This document shows positions 11,920 through 23,859 of a stretch of 64,000 nt of DNA, piece by piece. This DNA is from Heptranchias perlo. Lineage: Eukaryota. Under the pieces are notes generated by a model. The model saw only the letters and a list, made by a program, of their open reading frames with translations, was not told the DNA's origin and made no database searches. The stretch spans positions 4,278,001 to 4,342,000 of the forward strand of contig NC_090340.1 in NCBI RefSeq assembly GCF_035084215.1, given 5' to 3'. Position 1 is the first letter of the stretch, and each line of letters starts with the position of its first letter. The position numbers were made by a program, and so were the translations under genes.

Positions 11920-12240
11920 GTCCGGTATTTCGGATGAGGTGTTAAACCGAGGCCCCGTCTGCCCGATCAGGTGGCCGAAAAAGGTCCCAGGCACTATTGA
12001 GAAGAAGAGCAGGGAGTTCTCCCCGGTTTCCTGACAAATATTCATCCCAACCGACATCACTAACACAGATTATCTGATCATTGATTTCATTGCTGTTTGT
12101 GGGATCTTGCTGTGCGGAAATAAGCTGTCCAATTCCCCACATCAGAACAGTGACGACACTTCAAGAGTTCTTCATTGGCTGTAAACCGCTTTGAGACGGC
12201 CTGAGGTCGTGAAAGGAGCTATAAAAATGCCTGTCTTTAA
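11920..12240 (+). mobile_element. Deu-domain SINE (SacSINE1/AmnSINE1-like), 5' truncated
   Basis: tgctgtttgtgggatcttgctgtgc core and L2-type tail gtgaaaggagctataaaaatgc. Confidence 0.8.
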
Positions 12241-12739
12241 TTTTGTTCTCAACTGGGAACCAGCCACCTCGCGTCCTGTGTATCAGCTGGGGCCACATCC
12301 CCACTACCACATCTGAATTAGCTGGTTGTATTTCATATTGATTCAGGCCTCATATTGTAGCTCCTGCTCCTTATCCTTATTCTTTATATAACTAATAGAT
12401 CCACAAAGATTCTAATGGTAGTGCTTTATCCGACAGATTGTTTTTACTTAAGGACAGCACCTTGAGTACTACATGCAAGTTATAAGTCTATATGCACACA
12501 AGTAGAATACCCAACGGGGTGCTCGAGCTTACACCTCACGAGACAGTTCGCAGTCTTGAGTCTCCACTTGTTCTAAAACTCACTGATATTTATACACCTG
12601 AGGACAATTCCTAAGCAGGGTCAGGTGATTTGATTCGAACCTATTAGGGTAGATCTTGACTTTGTGCCGTATGGAAATAAATATTGGGAGAAAAGTAAAA
12701 CGGGCTGCCCATTCGCTATCCATTTAAATCCACGCGTTG

Positions 12740-13095
12740 GGGTTTTAACGGGTGGGAGAGGTGGTTAACGAATGCGATGGTGTTCAACCGATGGGAGAGT
12801 TGTTTAAAGGGTGGGAGTGTATGACGGATGGGAAAAGTTTTAAACGGGTGGAGAGGTGTTTATCGAATGGGCGAGTTGTTTAAGCGGTGGTAGAATTGTT
12901 TAACGGGCGGGAGCGATGTTTAATGGGTAAGGGTGTGTCTAAAGGGGGTGGGAGAGGTGTCTATGCGGTGGAAGAGGTGTGTAACGGGTATGAGAGGTAT
13001 TTTCCTTATAGGAGAGGCGTATAATGGGTGGGACAGATGTATAAGGGTGGGAGGGTGTTTAAAGAGTGCGGGATGAAGAGGTGTGTTACGGTTGG
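12740..13095 (+). repeat. Degenerate 20-bp minisatellite, left part
   Basis: Unit approximately aggtgtttaacgggtgggag. Confidence 0.9.
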
Positions 13096-14223
13096 AAGCA
13101 TAGTGGTTATGTCACTGGACTAGTAATCCAGAGGCCTGGACTAATAATCCGGAGTCATAAATTCAATTCCCGCCACGGCAACTGGGGAATTTAAATTCAA
13201 TTAATTAATTAAATAAAATTTGCAATTAAAAAAACTAGTATCAATAATGGTGGCCATGAAACTACCGGATTGTCGTAAAAACCCATTTGGGTCACTAATC
13301 TCATTGAGGGTAGGAAATCTGCCGTCCTTACCCGGTCTGGCCTATATGTAACTCCAGACCCACAGCAATGTGGTTGATTCTTAATTGCACTCTGAAATGG
13401 CCCAGCAAGCCATTCAGTTGTAAAATCTCGCTATAAAAGTCAGAATAAGAATAAAACCGGACGGACCACTAGGCGCCGGACACGATAAAGGCAAACCCAG
13501 CCCTGTCGACCCTGCAAAGTCCTCCTCACAAACATCTGGGGAATTGTGCCAAAATTGGGAGAGCTGTCCCACAGACGAGACAAGCAACAGCCTGACATAG
13601 CCACACTCACAGAATCACACCTTTCAGCCAACGTCCCAGAATCTTCCATCACCATCCCTGGGTATGTCCTGTCCCATCGGCAGGACAGACCAACCAGGGG
13701 TGGCAGAACAGTGATACACATTCAGGAGCGAGTGGCCCTGGGAGTCCTAACATTTACCTCGGACCCCATGAAATCTCATGGCATCAGGTCAAACATGGGT
13801 AAGGAAATATCCTGCTGATTACCACCTACAGTCCACCCTCAGCTGACGAATCAGTCCTCCTCCATGTTGAGCAACACTTGGAGGAAGCACTGAGGGCAGC
13901 AAGGGCACAGAATATGCTCTGGGAGGGGAATTCAATGTCCATTACAAAGTAGAGGCTAGGTAGCACCACTACTGACCGAGCCGGCCGAGTCCTGAAGGAA
14001 GTAGTTGTCAGACTGGGCCTGCAGCAGGTGGTGAGCGAACGAACACGAGTTAAAAACCTACTTGACCTCATTCTCACCAATCTACCTGTCGCAGATGCAT
14101 CTGTCCATGATATTATTAGTAGGGGTGACCACCGCACAGTACTCGTGGAGATGAAGTCTCCTATTCGCACTGAGGATACCATCCAACGTGTTGTATGGCA
14201 CTATCACCTTTCTAAATGGGATA

Positions 14224-14471
14224 ATTGTAAACAATTTTACAAGACCAAGTTATAGTCCAGCAATTTTATTTTAAATTCACAAGCTTTCGGAGGCTACCTC
14301 CTTCCTCAGGTGAACAATGTGGAAACGACATTTCCACATCGTTCACCTGAGGAAGGAGATAGCCTCCGAAAGCTTGTGAATTTAAAATAAAATTGCTGGA
14401 CTATAACTTGGTGTTGTAAAATTGTTTACAATTGTCAACCCCAGTCCATCACCGGCATCGCCACATCATGA
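14224..14471 (+). mobile_element. Penelope-derived fold-back mini-element
   Basis: ~100-bp near-perfect inverted arms plus a ~37-nt tail; 12-bp TSD ctaaatgggata (14212-14223 and 14472-14483). Confidence 0.9.
14342..14380 (+). ncRNA. Minimal type I hammerhead ribozyme motif (mirror copy on minus strand, ~14276-14314)
   Basis: UUCAC-CUGAGGA-A-GGAG(AUAGC)CUCC-GAAA-GCUU-GUGAA; stem I UUCAC/GUGAA. Confidence 0.75.
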
Positions 14472-16548
14472 CTAAATGGGATAGATTCAGGAGAGATCTA
14501 GCAGCTCAAAACTGGGGATCTACGAGGCGCTGTGTGCCATCAGCAGCAGCAGAAACCTATTCCAGCACAATCTGTAACCTCATGGCCTGGCATATTCCTC
14601 ACTCTACCATTACCAACAAGCCAGGGCTTCAACCCTGGTTCAATAAGGAGTGTAGAAGAGCACGCCAGGAGCAGCACCAGGCGTACCTAAAAATGAGGTG
14701 CCAACCTGATGAAACTACAACTCAGGACGACATGCATCCTAAACAGCGAAAGCAACATGCTATAGACAGAGCGAAGCGATTCCACAACTAACGGATCAGA
14801 TCAAAGCTCTGCAGTCCTGCCACATCAAGTCGTGAATGGTGGTGGACAATTAAACAACTAACGGGAAGAGGAGGCTCTGCAAACGTCCCCATCCTCAAAG
14901 ATGGCGGAGTCCTGCACGTGAGTGCAAAAGACAAGGCTGCATCGTTTGCAACCATCTTCAGCCAGAAGTGCGGAGTGGATATTTATCTCGACCTCCTCCC
15001 GATATCCCCACCATCATTGAAGCCAATCTTCAGCCAATTCGATTCACTCCACGTGATATCAAGCAACGGCTGAGTGCAGTGGATACAGCAAAGGCGATGG
15101 GCCCCGACAACATCTTGGCTGTAGTGCTGAAGACTTGTGCTCCAGAACTAGCCGCACTTCCAGCCAAACTGTTCCAGTACAGCTACAAAACTGGCATCTA
15201 CCCGAAAATGTGGAAAATTGTCCAGGTATGTCCTGTCCACAAAAAGCAGGACAAATCCAATCTGACCAATTCCCGCACCATCAGCCTAATTTGGGTTCCA
15301 CCAGGACAACTCGGCACCAGATCTCATTACAGCCTTGGTCCAAACATGGACAAAAGAGCTGAGGTGAGGTGAGAGTGACTGCCCTTGACATCATGGCAGC
15401 ATTTGACCGAGTGTGGCACCAAGGAGCCCTAGTAAAATTGAAGCCAATGGGAATCAGAGGGAAAACTCACCAGTGGCTGGAGTCATAGCAAGCAAAAAGG
15501 AAGATGATAGTGGTTGGTGGAGACCAATCATCTCAGCCTCAGGACATTGCTGCAGGAGTTTCTCAGGGCAATGTCCTCGGCACAACAATTTTCAGCTGCT
15601 TCATCAATGACCTTCCCTCCATCATAAGGTCAGAAATGGGGATGTTCGCCGATGATTGCACAATGTTCAGTTCGATTCGCAACCCCTCAGATAATGAAGC
15701 GGTCCGTGCCCGCATGCAGCAAGACCTGGACAACATCCAGGCTTGGATTGAGAAGTGGCAAGCAACATTCGCGCCAGACAAGTGCTCGGCAATGACCATC
15801 TCCAAAAAAAGAGTCCAATCACCTCAACTTGACATTCAACGGCATTACTATCACCGAATCTCCGACAGTCAACATCCTGGGGTCACCATTGACCAGGAAC
15901 TTTACTGAACCAGCCACATAAATACTGTGGCTACAAGAGCAGGTCAGAGGCTGGGTATTCTGGGGCGAGTGACTAACCTCCTGACTCCCCAAAGCCTTTC
16001 CACCATTTACAAGGCACAAGTCAGGAGTGTGATGGAATACTCTCCACTTGCCTGAATGAGTGCAGCTCCAACAACACTCAAGAAGCTCGACATCATCCAG
16101 GACAAAGCAGCCCGCTTGAATGGCACTCCATCCACAACCCTAAATATTAATTCCCTTCACCACCGGCGCACTGTGGCTGCAGTGTGTACCATCCACAGGA
16201 TGCACTGCAGCAACTCGCCAAGGCTTCTTTGACAGCACCTCCCAAACCCGCAACTTCTCCCACCTAGAAGGGCAAGGGCAGCAGGCACATGGGAACAACA
16301 CCACCTTCATGTTCCCCTCCAAGTCACACACCATCGCGACTTAGAAATATATCGTCGTTCCTTCATCGTCGCTGGGTCAAAATCCTGGAACTCCCTTCCT
16401 AACAGCACTGTGGGAGAACCTGCATCACATGGACTGCATCGGTTCAAGACGGCGGCTCATCACCACCTTCTCGAGCGCAATTAGGGATGGGCAATAAATG
16501 CTGGGCTTTTCAGCGACGCCCACATCCCATGAACGAATAAAAAAAAAG

Positions 16549-19500
16549 CAGTGTATAACGGATGGGAGAGAGGTTTTACGGATGAGTGACGTGTTCAACG
16601 AATGGGAGAGTTGCGTAAAGGGTAGGAAAGTTATATTATGGATGGGAGAAGTATTTAACGTTTGAGAGAGGTGTGTACCGGTTGGAAAGGTGCTTAACGG
16701 GTGGCAGAGGTTTTTAACGGGCGGGGGAGGTGTTTAACAGACTGGAGAGTTTTTAACGGGCGGGAGAGGTGTTTAAGGGGAAGGAGAGAGAGTGGCTTGT
16801 AAAGAGTGGTTGAGATGTTTCTCGGGTGTGAGAGATGTATAAGATGTGGGATAGATATTTAACAAGGAGGAGAAGTGATTAACGGGTGAGCGGGGTGTTT
16901 AACGGGTAGGAGAGACTTCTAGCGGGTGGGAGAGAAGTTTAACGGACGAGAGAGGCTTTTAACGTGTGGTTGAGACGTTTAACGGTTGGAAGAGGCGTGT
17001 AACGGATGACAGAGGCTTTTAACTTGTGGAGATGGTGTTTATCGTGTTGGAGAAGTTGGTAACGAATTGGTGAAGTGCTTAACTGGTAGGAAAGGTGTTT
17101 AACGGTTGGGAAAGGTTTTTATCGAGTGCCGGGGTGTTTAATGGGTGCGAACGTTATATGAGGGGGTGGAGAGGTGTTTAATGGGTGGAAGATGTGTGTT
17201 GCGAATAGAAGAGGCTGTTTAACGGTGGGAGAAATGTTTAACAAGGGGGCTGGTGTTAATTTGTGAGAGATGCTTTTAACGGGATGGATAGGATTTTGTA
17301 AGGGTGAGTGAGGTTTATAACGGATGGGAGAGGTGTTTAACTGGTGGAAGAGGTGTGTAACGTGTGATGGAGGTGTATAACGAATGCGACGGCTACTTAA
17401 CGGATAGGAGAGGTGTTAAACGGATAGGAGAGTTGTGTAACGGTTAGGAGAGCGGTTTAACGGGTGATAAAGATGTTTAAAGGGAGGGACAGTTGTCCAA
17501 CGGGTAGGAGAGGATTATAAGCAATGGGAGAGTTGCTTAACGGGTGGAAGAAAAGTTTAACGGATGGGAAAAGTGTCTAATGAGTTGGAGAGGTATGTAT
17601 GTGGTGGAGGAGGTGTGTAACGAATGTCGAATGTGGTTAACGGGTAGGAGGTGCTTTAATGGGTGGGAATGTTTAGTGGGTGGCAGATGTGTTTAAGGGA
17701 TAGGCGAGGCTACTTAACGGATGGTTCTGAGTGTTAACAACAGTCGAGGTGTGTAACGGATGGAAGAAGTGTTTAACGAGTGTGGCCGTGTTTAAGGGGT
17801 GTGGAAGTTATTTAACGGGGATGAGAGGTATTTAGCGGATGGGAGTGGTGTTTAACGGTTGGGAGAGGTGTTTTAATGAGTGGGAGAGGGGTTTAGCTGG
17901 CGGAAGAGGTGCTAAAAGAATAGGAGAGGTGTGTATCGGCTGGCAAATGTGTTTACCGAGTGCGGCGGAGGTGTTTAAGTGGTGGGAAATTTAATTAAGG
18001 GGGAGGAGTTGTGTTTTACGGGTGGGAGAGGTGTTTAGAGTGTTGGAGATGTGTTTTCCAGGCAGGAGAGTGGTGTAATTTACGGGAGAGGTATTTAACA
18101 GCTCGGAGAGACTTTTAAAGGGAAGCGGTGTTTATCGGGTGGGAGAGGTTTTAAACGGTTGGGAGAAATGTCAATGCATTGGAAATGAGCAACGGGTGGG
18201 AGAGGTGTTTATGGGGTATGAGAATTGCTTAAGGGGTCAGAAATGTTTTTTCACGGAGATGAGAGGTGATTAACGGGTGGGAGAGGTGCCCAACTGGTGG
18301 GAGAGGTGTTTCACTGGTGGGAGAGTTGCCTAACTGGTGGAAGAATTGTCTGTCGAATGGAAGAGGTGTTTATGCGGTGGAAAAGGTCTGTAACGGGGGG
18401 AGAGGTGTTTAAACGGTCCAAGTGGTGTTTAAGTGGTGGTGGTGGGTGGGGGGGGGGACATTAACCAATTGGAGGTATGTTTAACGGGTGGGAGAAGTGT
18501 GTAACAGGTGGGAGAGGTGGTCAACGAGTTCGGGGGTGGGGTGTTTAAGGGGTGGGAAAGTTATTAATGAGGGAGGAATGGTGTTTGACGGGCGGGGGAG
18601 GAGTTTAATCGGTGGGAGAGGTGTTTAGCCGGTTGGAGATATGCTTAACGGAAGAGGGAGACTTTTAACGGGTGGAAGAAGCGTTTAACGGGTCGGAGAG
18701 TTGTGTAACGGGTGGTAGAAGTGTGTAACGCATGGAAGCGATGTTTGATGCATGATAAAGGCTTTGAACGGGTGAAAGAGGTGTGTATCAGGTACGAGAT
18801 ATGTCTAACGGGTGGAAGAGGTGTGTAACGGGTGGGAGAGGTGTTTAGCGTATGCGGAAGAAATTTAAGGGGTGGCAAATTCAATGAAGCGGACGAGAAG
18901 TCTTTAACAGGTTGGAGACGTGTTTAATAGCTGGGGGAGGTGCTTAACTTGTGAGTGAGGTGTGTCATGGGTGGGACAAGTGTTTAACCTGTTAGAGAGT
19001 TGTTTAACGATTAGGGGAAGTGTTTAATGGGTACGAGAAGTGTGTTACTGGTGGGAGAGGTGCTTAAGGCAGGGAGATGGGGTTAACGCGTGAGTGAAGT
19101 GTATAACTGATGGGAGAGGATGTAAGGTGTGCGAAAGTTGTTTAGCGGCTGAGAGAGGTGTTTAACGTGTAAAAGAGGTTTGTAACGGGTGGGAGAGGTG
19201 CCTAACTGATGAGCTACTGTTTTAACGGGTGGAAGAAGTTTTTATTGGGTGGGAGATATGTTTAACGCGTGAGGAAGGTGTTTAACGGGTATGAGAGGTG
19301 TGTAACAGGTGGAAGAGGTGTTTAACGAATGGGAGAGGTGTTTAACGACCAGATGAGGTCCGTAATAGGTGGGATAGGTGTTTAACAAGTGCGGAACGTA
19401 TTTAAATGGTGGGGAAGTTATTGAGGGGGGCGGGAGGGAGAGATTTTTAACTGGTGTTTAATGGTTGGAAGAGGCATCTAACGGGTAGGAGGGCGCTGTA

Positions 19501-20000
19501 ATGGATGGGAAAGGTATGTAACGTGTGGGAGAGGTGTTTAACGGGTGAGAGAGGTTTGCAACTGGTAGATGAGTTGCCTAACGGATGAGAGAGTCTTTTA
19601 ACGGGTGGAAGAGGTGTTATTGTGTGGGTGAGATGTTTAACGGGTGGGGGAGGTGTTTAGCTAGACCGGGAGGAATGTAAGGGTTGGGAAAGATATTTAA
19701 CGGGAAGGAGAGGCGCGTAAGATTGGGGGAAGGTGTTTAACAGGTCGGAGAGGTTTTTAAGCGGTCGATGAGGTATGTAATGGGCGAGAGATGTGTTTAA
19801 AAGGTGAAAGGGGGTTGTAACGTGTGGGAGAGTTCTTTAGCTTGTGGAAGCGTGTTTTAACCGGTGGTATATGTACTTAAGGGTTTGTAGAGGTGTTTAA
19901 CGGGTGGGAGAAGTATAACACGGGTGGGAGAGGTGTTTACGGGGCGCCAGAGGTATTTAACGGAGGAGAGAGGTGTTTAACCGGTGGGAGAGGTGTTTAA
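16549..20000 (+). repeat. Degenerate 20-bp minisatellite, ~3.4 kb, G/T-rich top strand
   Basis: Continuous variants of aggtgtttaacgggtgggag. Confidence 0.95.
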
Positions 20001-21354
20001 TTCATGGGCCAGCCGATATCACACATTTTGCACTATCGGCTAAAGTCAAAATTATCCCCGTTGTCTCCAAACAAGGCCATAATTCTTTACACGATCTCTT
20101 GCATTAAACTGACAACTCATCATATTTGTTTCTATTTTTACTGCAGAATCCCAACGTCCTAATCTAAACCACGTGTTAACCTCTATCACACAGAATACAT
20201 TCTCACAATATACAGGTATTAATATTGACTTCTGTATTGTTAATCTTTTCTCATTTTTTCTCATCAGATATTCTAAGCTTTATGCGAATCACGCCCATAG
20301 TATGCCTGTGGTTTCTACACTTCCCTTTTAATGTAGCCCTCTGTGCTATCTGTAGATTAAAATAGGGATTTGGTCATAGTGGGGGGAGTTGCTAGGAGAT
20401 AAAAAAATATTGCACTTCCAGTAGGTACAAGATGGAAAGGGGTCAGTTAGTCTGCAACTGTAGTTTGGAGTAGAAACAGTTAACTCTTGCCTGTTAGAAG
20501 GAGGGCGAGCGAAGTGTAGTGAAAGTTAGAGGGATGGAGAAGAGTTGAAATATGAGGAAGTGAGTCGGGTTTATGGGCAGGAGAGTAAGTGTTAATCCAG
20601 CGAAAGAAGGTAGAAACTCGAACCTTGAGTGAGATAAGAACTGGAAAAGTCTCGTCTAGACATAGAAAGGGAAACATCAGTCCTGAGAGCTAATGAATAA
20701 TAATAATAAATGCATTCCTATAGTAACTATACTAACTATAAATATGAGTGTCACCTGAGGGGCCAGACTTTCAAATGCGTGTTGCTCAACTACTAAGAAA
20801 AAGCGAAGTGCTAATCAGTCCATTCTCAGTGTCTGAATCTTGCTTGGAGTTGTGCATTCAAACACTAACTACCCCATGATATAATTAATCCATTCCAAGC
20901 TGTTAACCTATTAGACTATATACTATCCTACATTCCCCTCCTTGGAACTGAGGGAAATAACATTTTCCAGGATTGCACACTCAACTATCTCTCTGACTGT
21001 TTCCGTCATAATCTATCTTAATTTCACTTGCTTGATGTTCCGTCTTAACACTCATCACTATAATTAATATTACTCACATAATACCTTGGCCACCACGAGC
21101 AACTCAGACATAATCCGTATCCATGGATGTTTTCCAGCATTATACATTACTTCTCATCATTCATATATCAGACACAATCGAAAGACTGTATTTCAAAGAT
21201 CCTCCACTAATCTTTCACTATTATCAATAGTGCGGATAATTTTAATATAGGTTTTGGAGATCCCCCTGAATTTGGGATTTCCAATTCTATATCCTTTTTT
21301 ACTTTGAACTTCAATTAGCCTGATGAAAAACAGTGCTTTGACCCTATGCTGGTT

Positions 21355-23390
21355 AGAATCATAGAATCGTTACAGTCCACAAGGAGGCCATTCGGCCCAT
21401 CAAGCCCGTGCCAGCTAATTGTAAGAGCAATCCAGTTATTCCCATTCGCCTGCTCTTTCCCCGAAGCCCTGCAATTTTTTCCTTTAAAGTATTTATTCAA
21501 TTCCTTTGAAAGCTACCATTGAATTTTCTTCTTCCACACTTTCAGACAGTGCATTCCAGATCATAACTACTCGCTGCATAAAAAAGTTTTTCCTCACATC
21601 GTCTTTAGTTAATTTGCCACTAGTTCTCGACTCTTACACCAATGGGAATAGTTTCTCTTTATTTACTTTATTTAAATCCTGATTTTGTCTTATATTTTCT
21701 AACTGATGATTTTGAACACTTCTAACAAATTTCCTTTCAACCTTCTCTGCTCTAATGAGAACAACCTCAGCTTCTCCAGTCAAGCAACGTAACTGAAGTC
21801 CCTCATCCCTGGAACCATTCTACTAAATCTTTTCTGCAACCTCTCTAAGGCCGTCGCATCCTTCCTAAATTGCGGTGCCCAGAATTGGACAAAATACTTC
21901 AGCTGTGGCCAAACCAGTGTTTTATAAGGGTCAACATCACTTCCTTGCTTTTGTACTCGATGCCTCTATTTATAAAGCCCAGGCACCCGTGTGCTTTTTA
22001 AAATCACTTTCTCAACCTGTCCTGCAACCTCCAAAGATTTGTGCACAAATGCCCCAGGTCTCTCTGTTCCTGCACCATATTTAGAATTATACCATTTAGT
22101 TTATATTGCGTCTCCTAAACCTTCCTGCCAATATTTATCCTTTCGAACTTCCCTGCATTCAATTTATTCTGCCATGTGGTGTCCGCCCATTCCACCAACC
22201 TGTCTATGTCCCCTTGAAGTCAATTATTATCCTCCTCACTGTTTACTACACTTCCGCGTTTTGTGTCATCAGCAAGTTTTGAAATTGTGCCCTGTACACC
22301 CAAGTCAAAGTCATTTATATATATATAAAAAACAGTGGTCCTGATACTGACCCCTGGGGAACACCATTGTATATCTTCCTCCATGATGTGGAGATGCCGG
22401 TGATGGACTGGGGTTGACAATTGTAAACAATTTTACAACACCAAGTTATAGTCCAGCAATTTTATTTTAAATCCACAAGCTTTCGGAGGCTTCCTCCTTC
22501 CTCAGCCTCCGAAAGCTCGTGAATTTAAAATAAAATTGCTGGACTATAACTTGGTGTTGTAAAATTGTTTACAATTATCTTCCTCCAGTCCGAAAAACAA
22601 CCGTTCATCTCTGCGCTGTTTCATATCACTTAGCCAATTTCGTATCCATGCTGTCACTTCCCCTTTTATTCCATCAGCGTCAATTTTGCTGACAAGCATA
22701 TTATGTGACACTTTATCAAACGCCTTCTGAAAGCCCATATACACAGCATCAACTGCACTGTCCTCGTCAATCCTCTCTGGTACCTCATCAAAAAGCTCAA
22801 TGAAGTTAGTCAAACATGTTTTGTCTTTAACAAATCCGTGCTAGATTTCCTTTATTATTCCACTCATTTCCAAGTGACTATTAACTTTGTCCCAGGTTAT
22901 CGTTTCGAAAAGCTTCCCCACCACCGATGATAAACTGACTTGCCTGGCATTAACATGTTTATCCTTAAACCCTTTTTTGAACAAGGATGTTACATTGGTA
23001 ATACTTCAGTCTTCTGGCGCCACCGCTGTATCTAAGGAGGATTGGAAGAATATGGCCAGCATCTCTGCAATTTCCACCCTTACTTCCCTCATGAACTCAG
23101 GATGCATCCCATCCAGACCGGATGACTTATTTACATTAAGCACAGCCAGCCTATCTAGTACGTACTCTTTATCATTTTTTACCCCATCCAGTCTCTCAAC
23201 TACCTCCTCCTTTACTGTGGCTTTTGCAGCATCTTCTTCCTTGGTGTAGAGGGATGACAAGTGCTCATTGAGAACCTCAGCCATGCCCTCTGCCTTTATG
23301 CATGCATCTTCTTTTTGGTCCCTAACCTGCTCCAGCCCTTCTCTTATGACCCATTTACTATTTATATGCCGATTGAATACTTTTCGATTA
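21355..23390 (-). mobile_element. CR1 LINE (5' truncated), interrupted by a Penelope mini-element
   Basis: KSSGLDGMHP, FQKAFDKVSH, ISKLADDTK; tagaatca 3' repeats. Confidence 0.9.
22383..22575 (-). mobile_element. Penelope-derived fold-back mini-element with a hammerhead core (minus strand 22474-22505)
   Basis: Same arms as 14224-14471; 11-bp TSD tatcttcctcc (22372-22382 and 22576-22586). Confidence 0.9.
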
Positions 23391-23859
23391 TTGGTTGTAT
23401 TATTACTTTATGTAAAGAAGGTTTGCTTTTCTATGGAGCATGTGTCAGAACCTTGAATAAATGGTTAAAATTAGTAATGATACGTATATGTTCATATTCT
23501 TCTGAGTCACAATAATCATTTCATGTAGCGATGTTCTCAACGTGACTGAGCATGTCTGGGACCCGTTCTTCAGTACATCTTTATCGTACATTCTGCATAC
23601 TGTTCGCTTCATGCACAATACTTCAATCCTGCACATTCAGTGGTAGGCCTAGATCTTGTGAACAAGACATCAGGCACGAGGTATTCCTGCCCGTACAGTC
23701 TATCAAAAGATCAGGTATTTGGAGATTTCAAGTAGTGGTCATGCCATATAATACAAACCCTTGGCCGTTCTGTCCTTGGAAACTACCACGCCATCTCAAA
23801 CCTTCCTTTCCCCTCCAAAATCCTTGAATATGTTGTTGCTTCCAAAATACAGGCCCATT

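Larger units (their letters stand above)
13096..16548 (+). mobile_element. Near full-length CR1-group LINE (APE + RT) with tRNA-like 5' head and poly(A) end; decayed
   Basis: APE motifs LLTNIWG..PDIATLTESHL, LLDLILTN, GDHRTV; RT motifs KAMGPDNI, GVSQGNVLGT, MFADD; ends aataaaaaaaaa. Confidence 0.9.

Noticed and set aside
13096-13180. Functional tRNA gene (also 51505-51575)
   Set aside because: A/B-box-like motifs are present, but there is no intact cloverleaf and both run into retroposon bodies.
16549-20000. CRISPR array or Ig switch region
   Set aside because: Eukaryotic context, no unique spacers, degenerate tandem units, few AGCT motifs and no flanking IgH exons.
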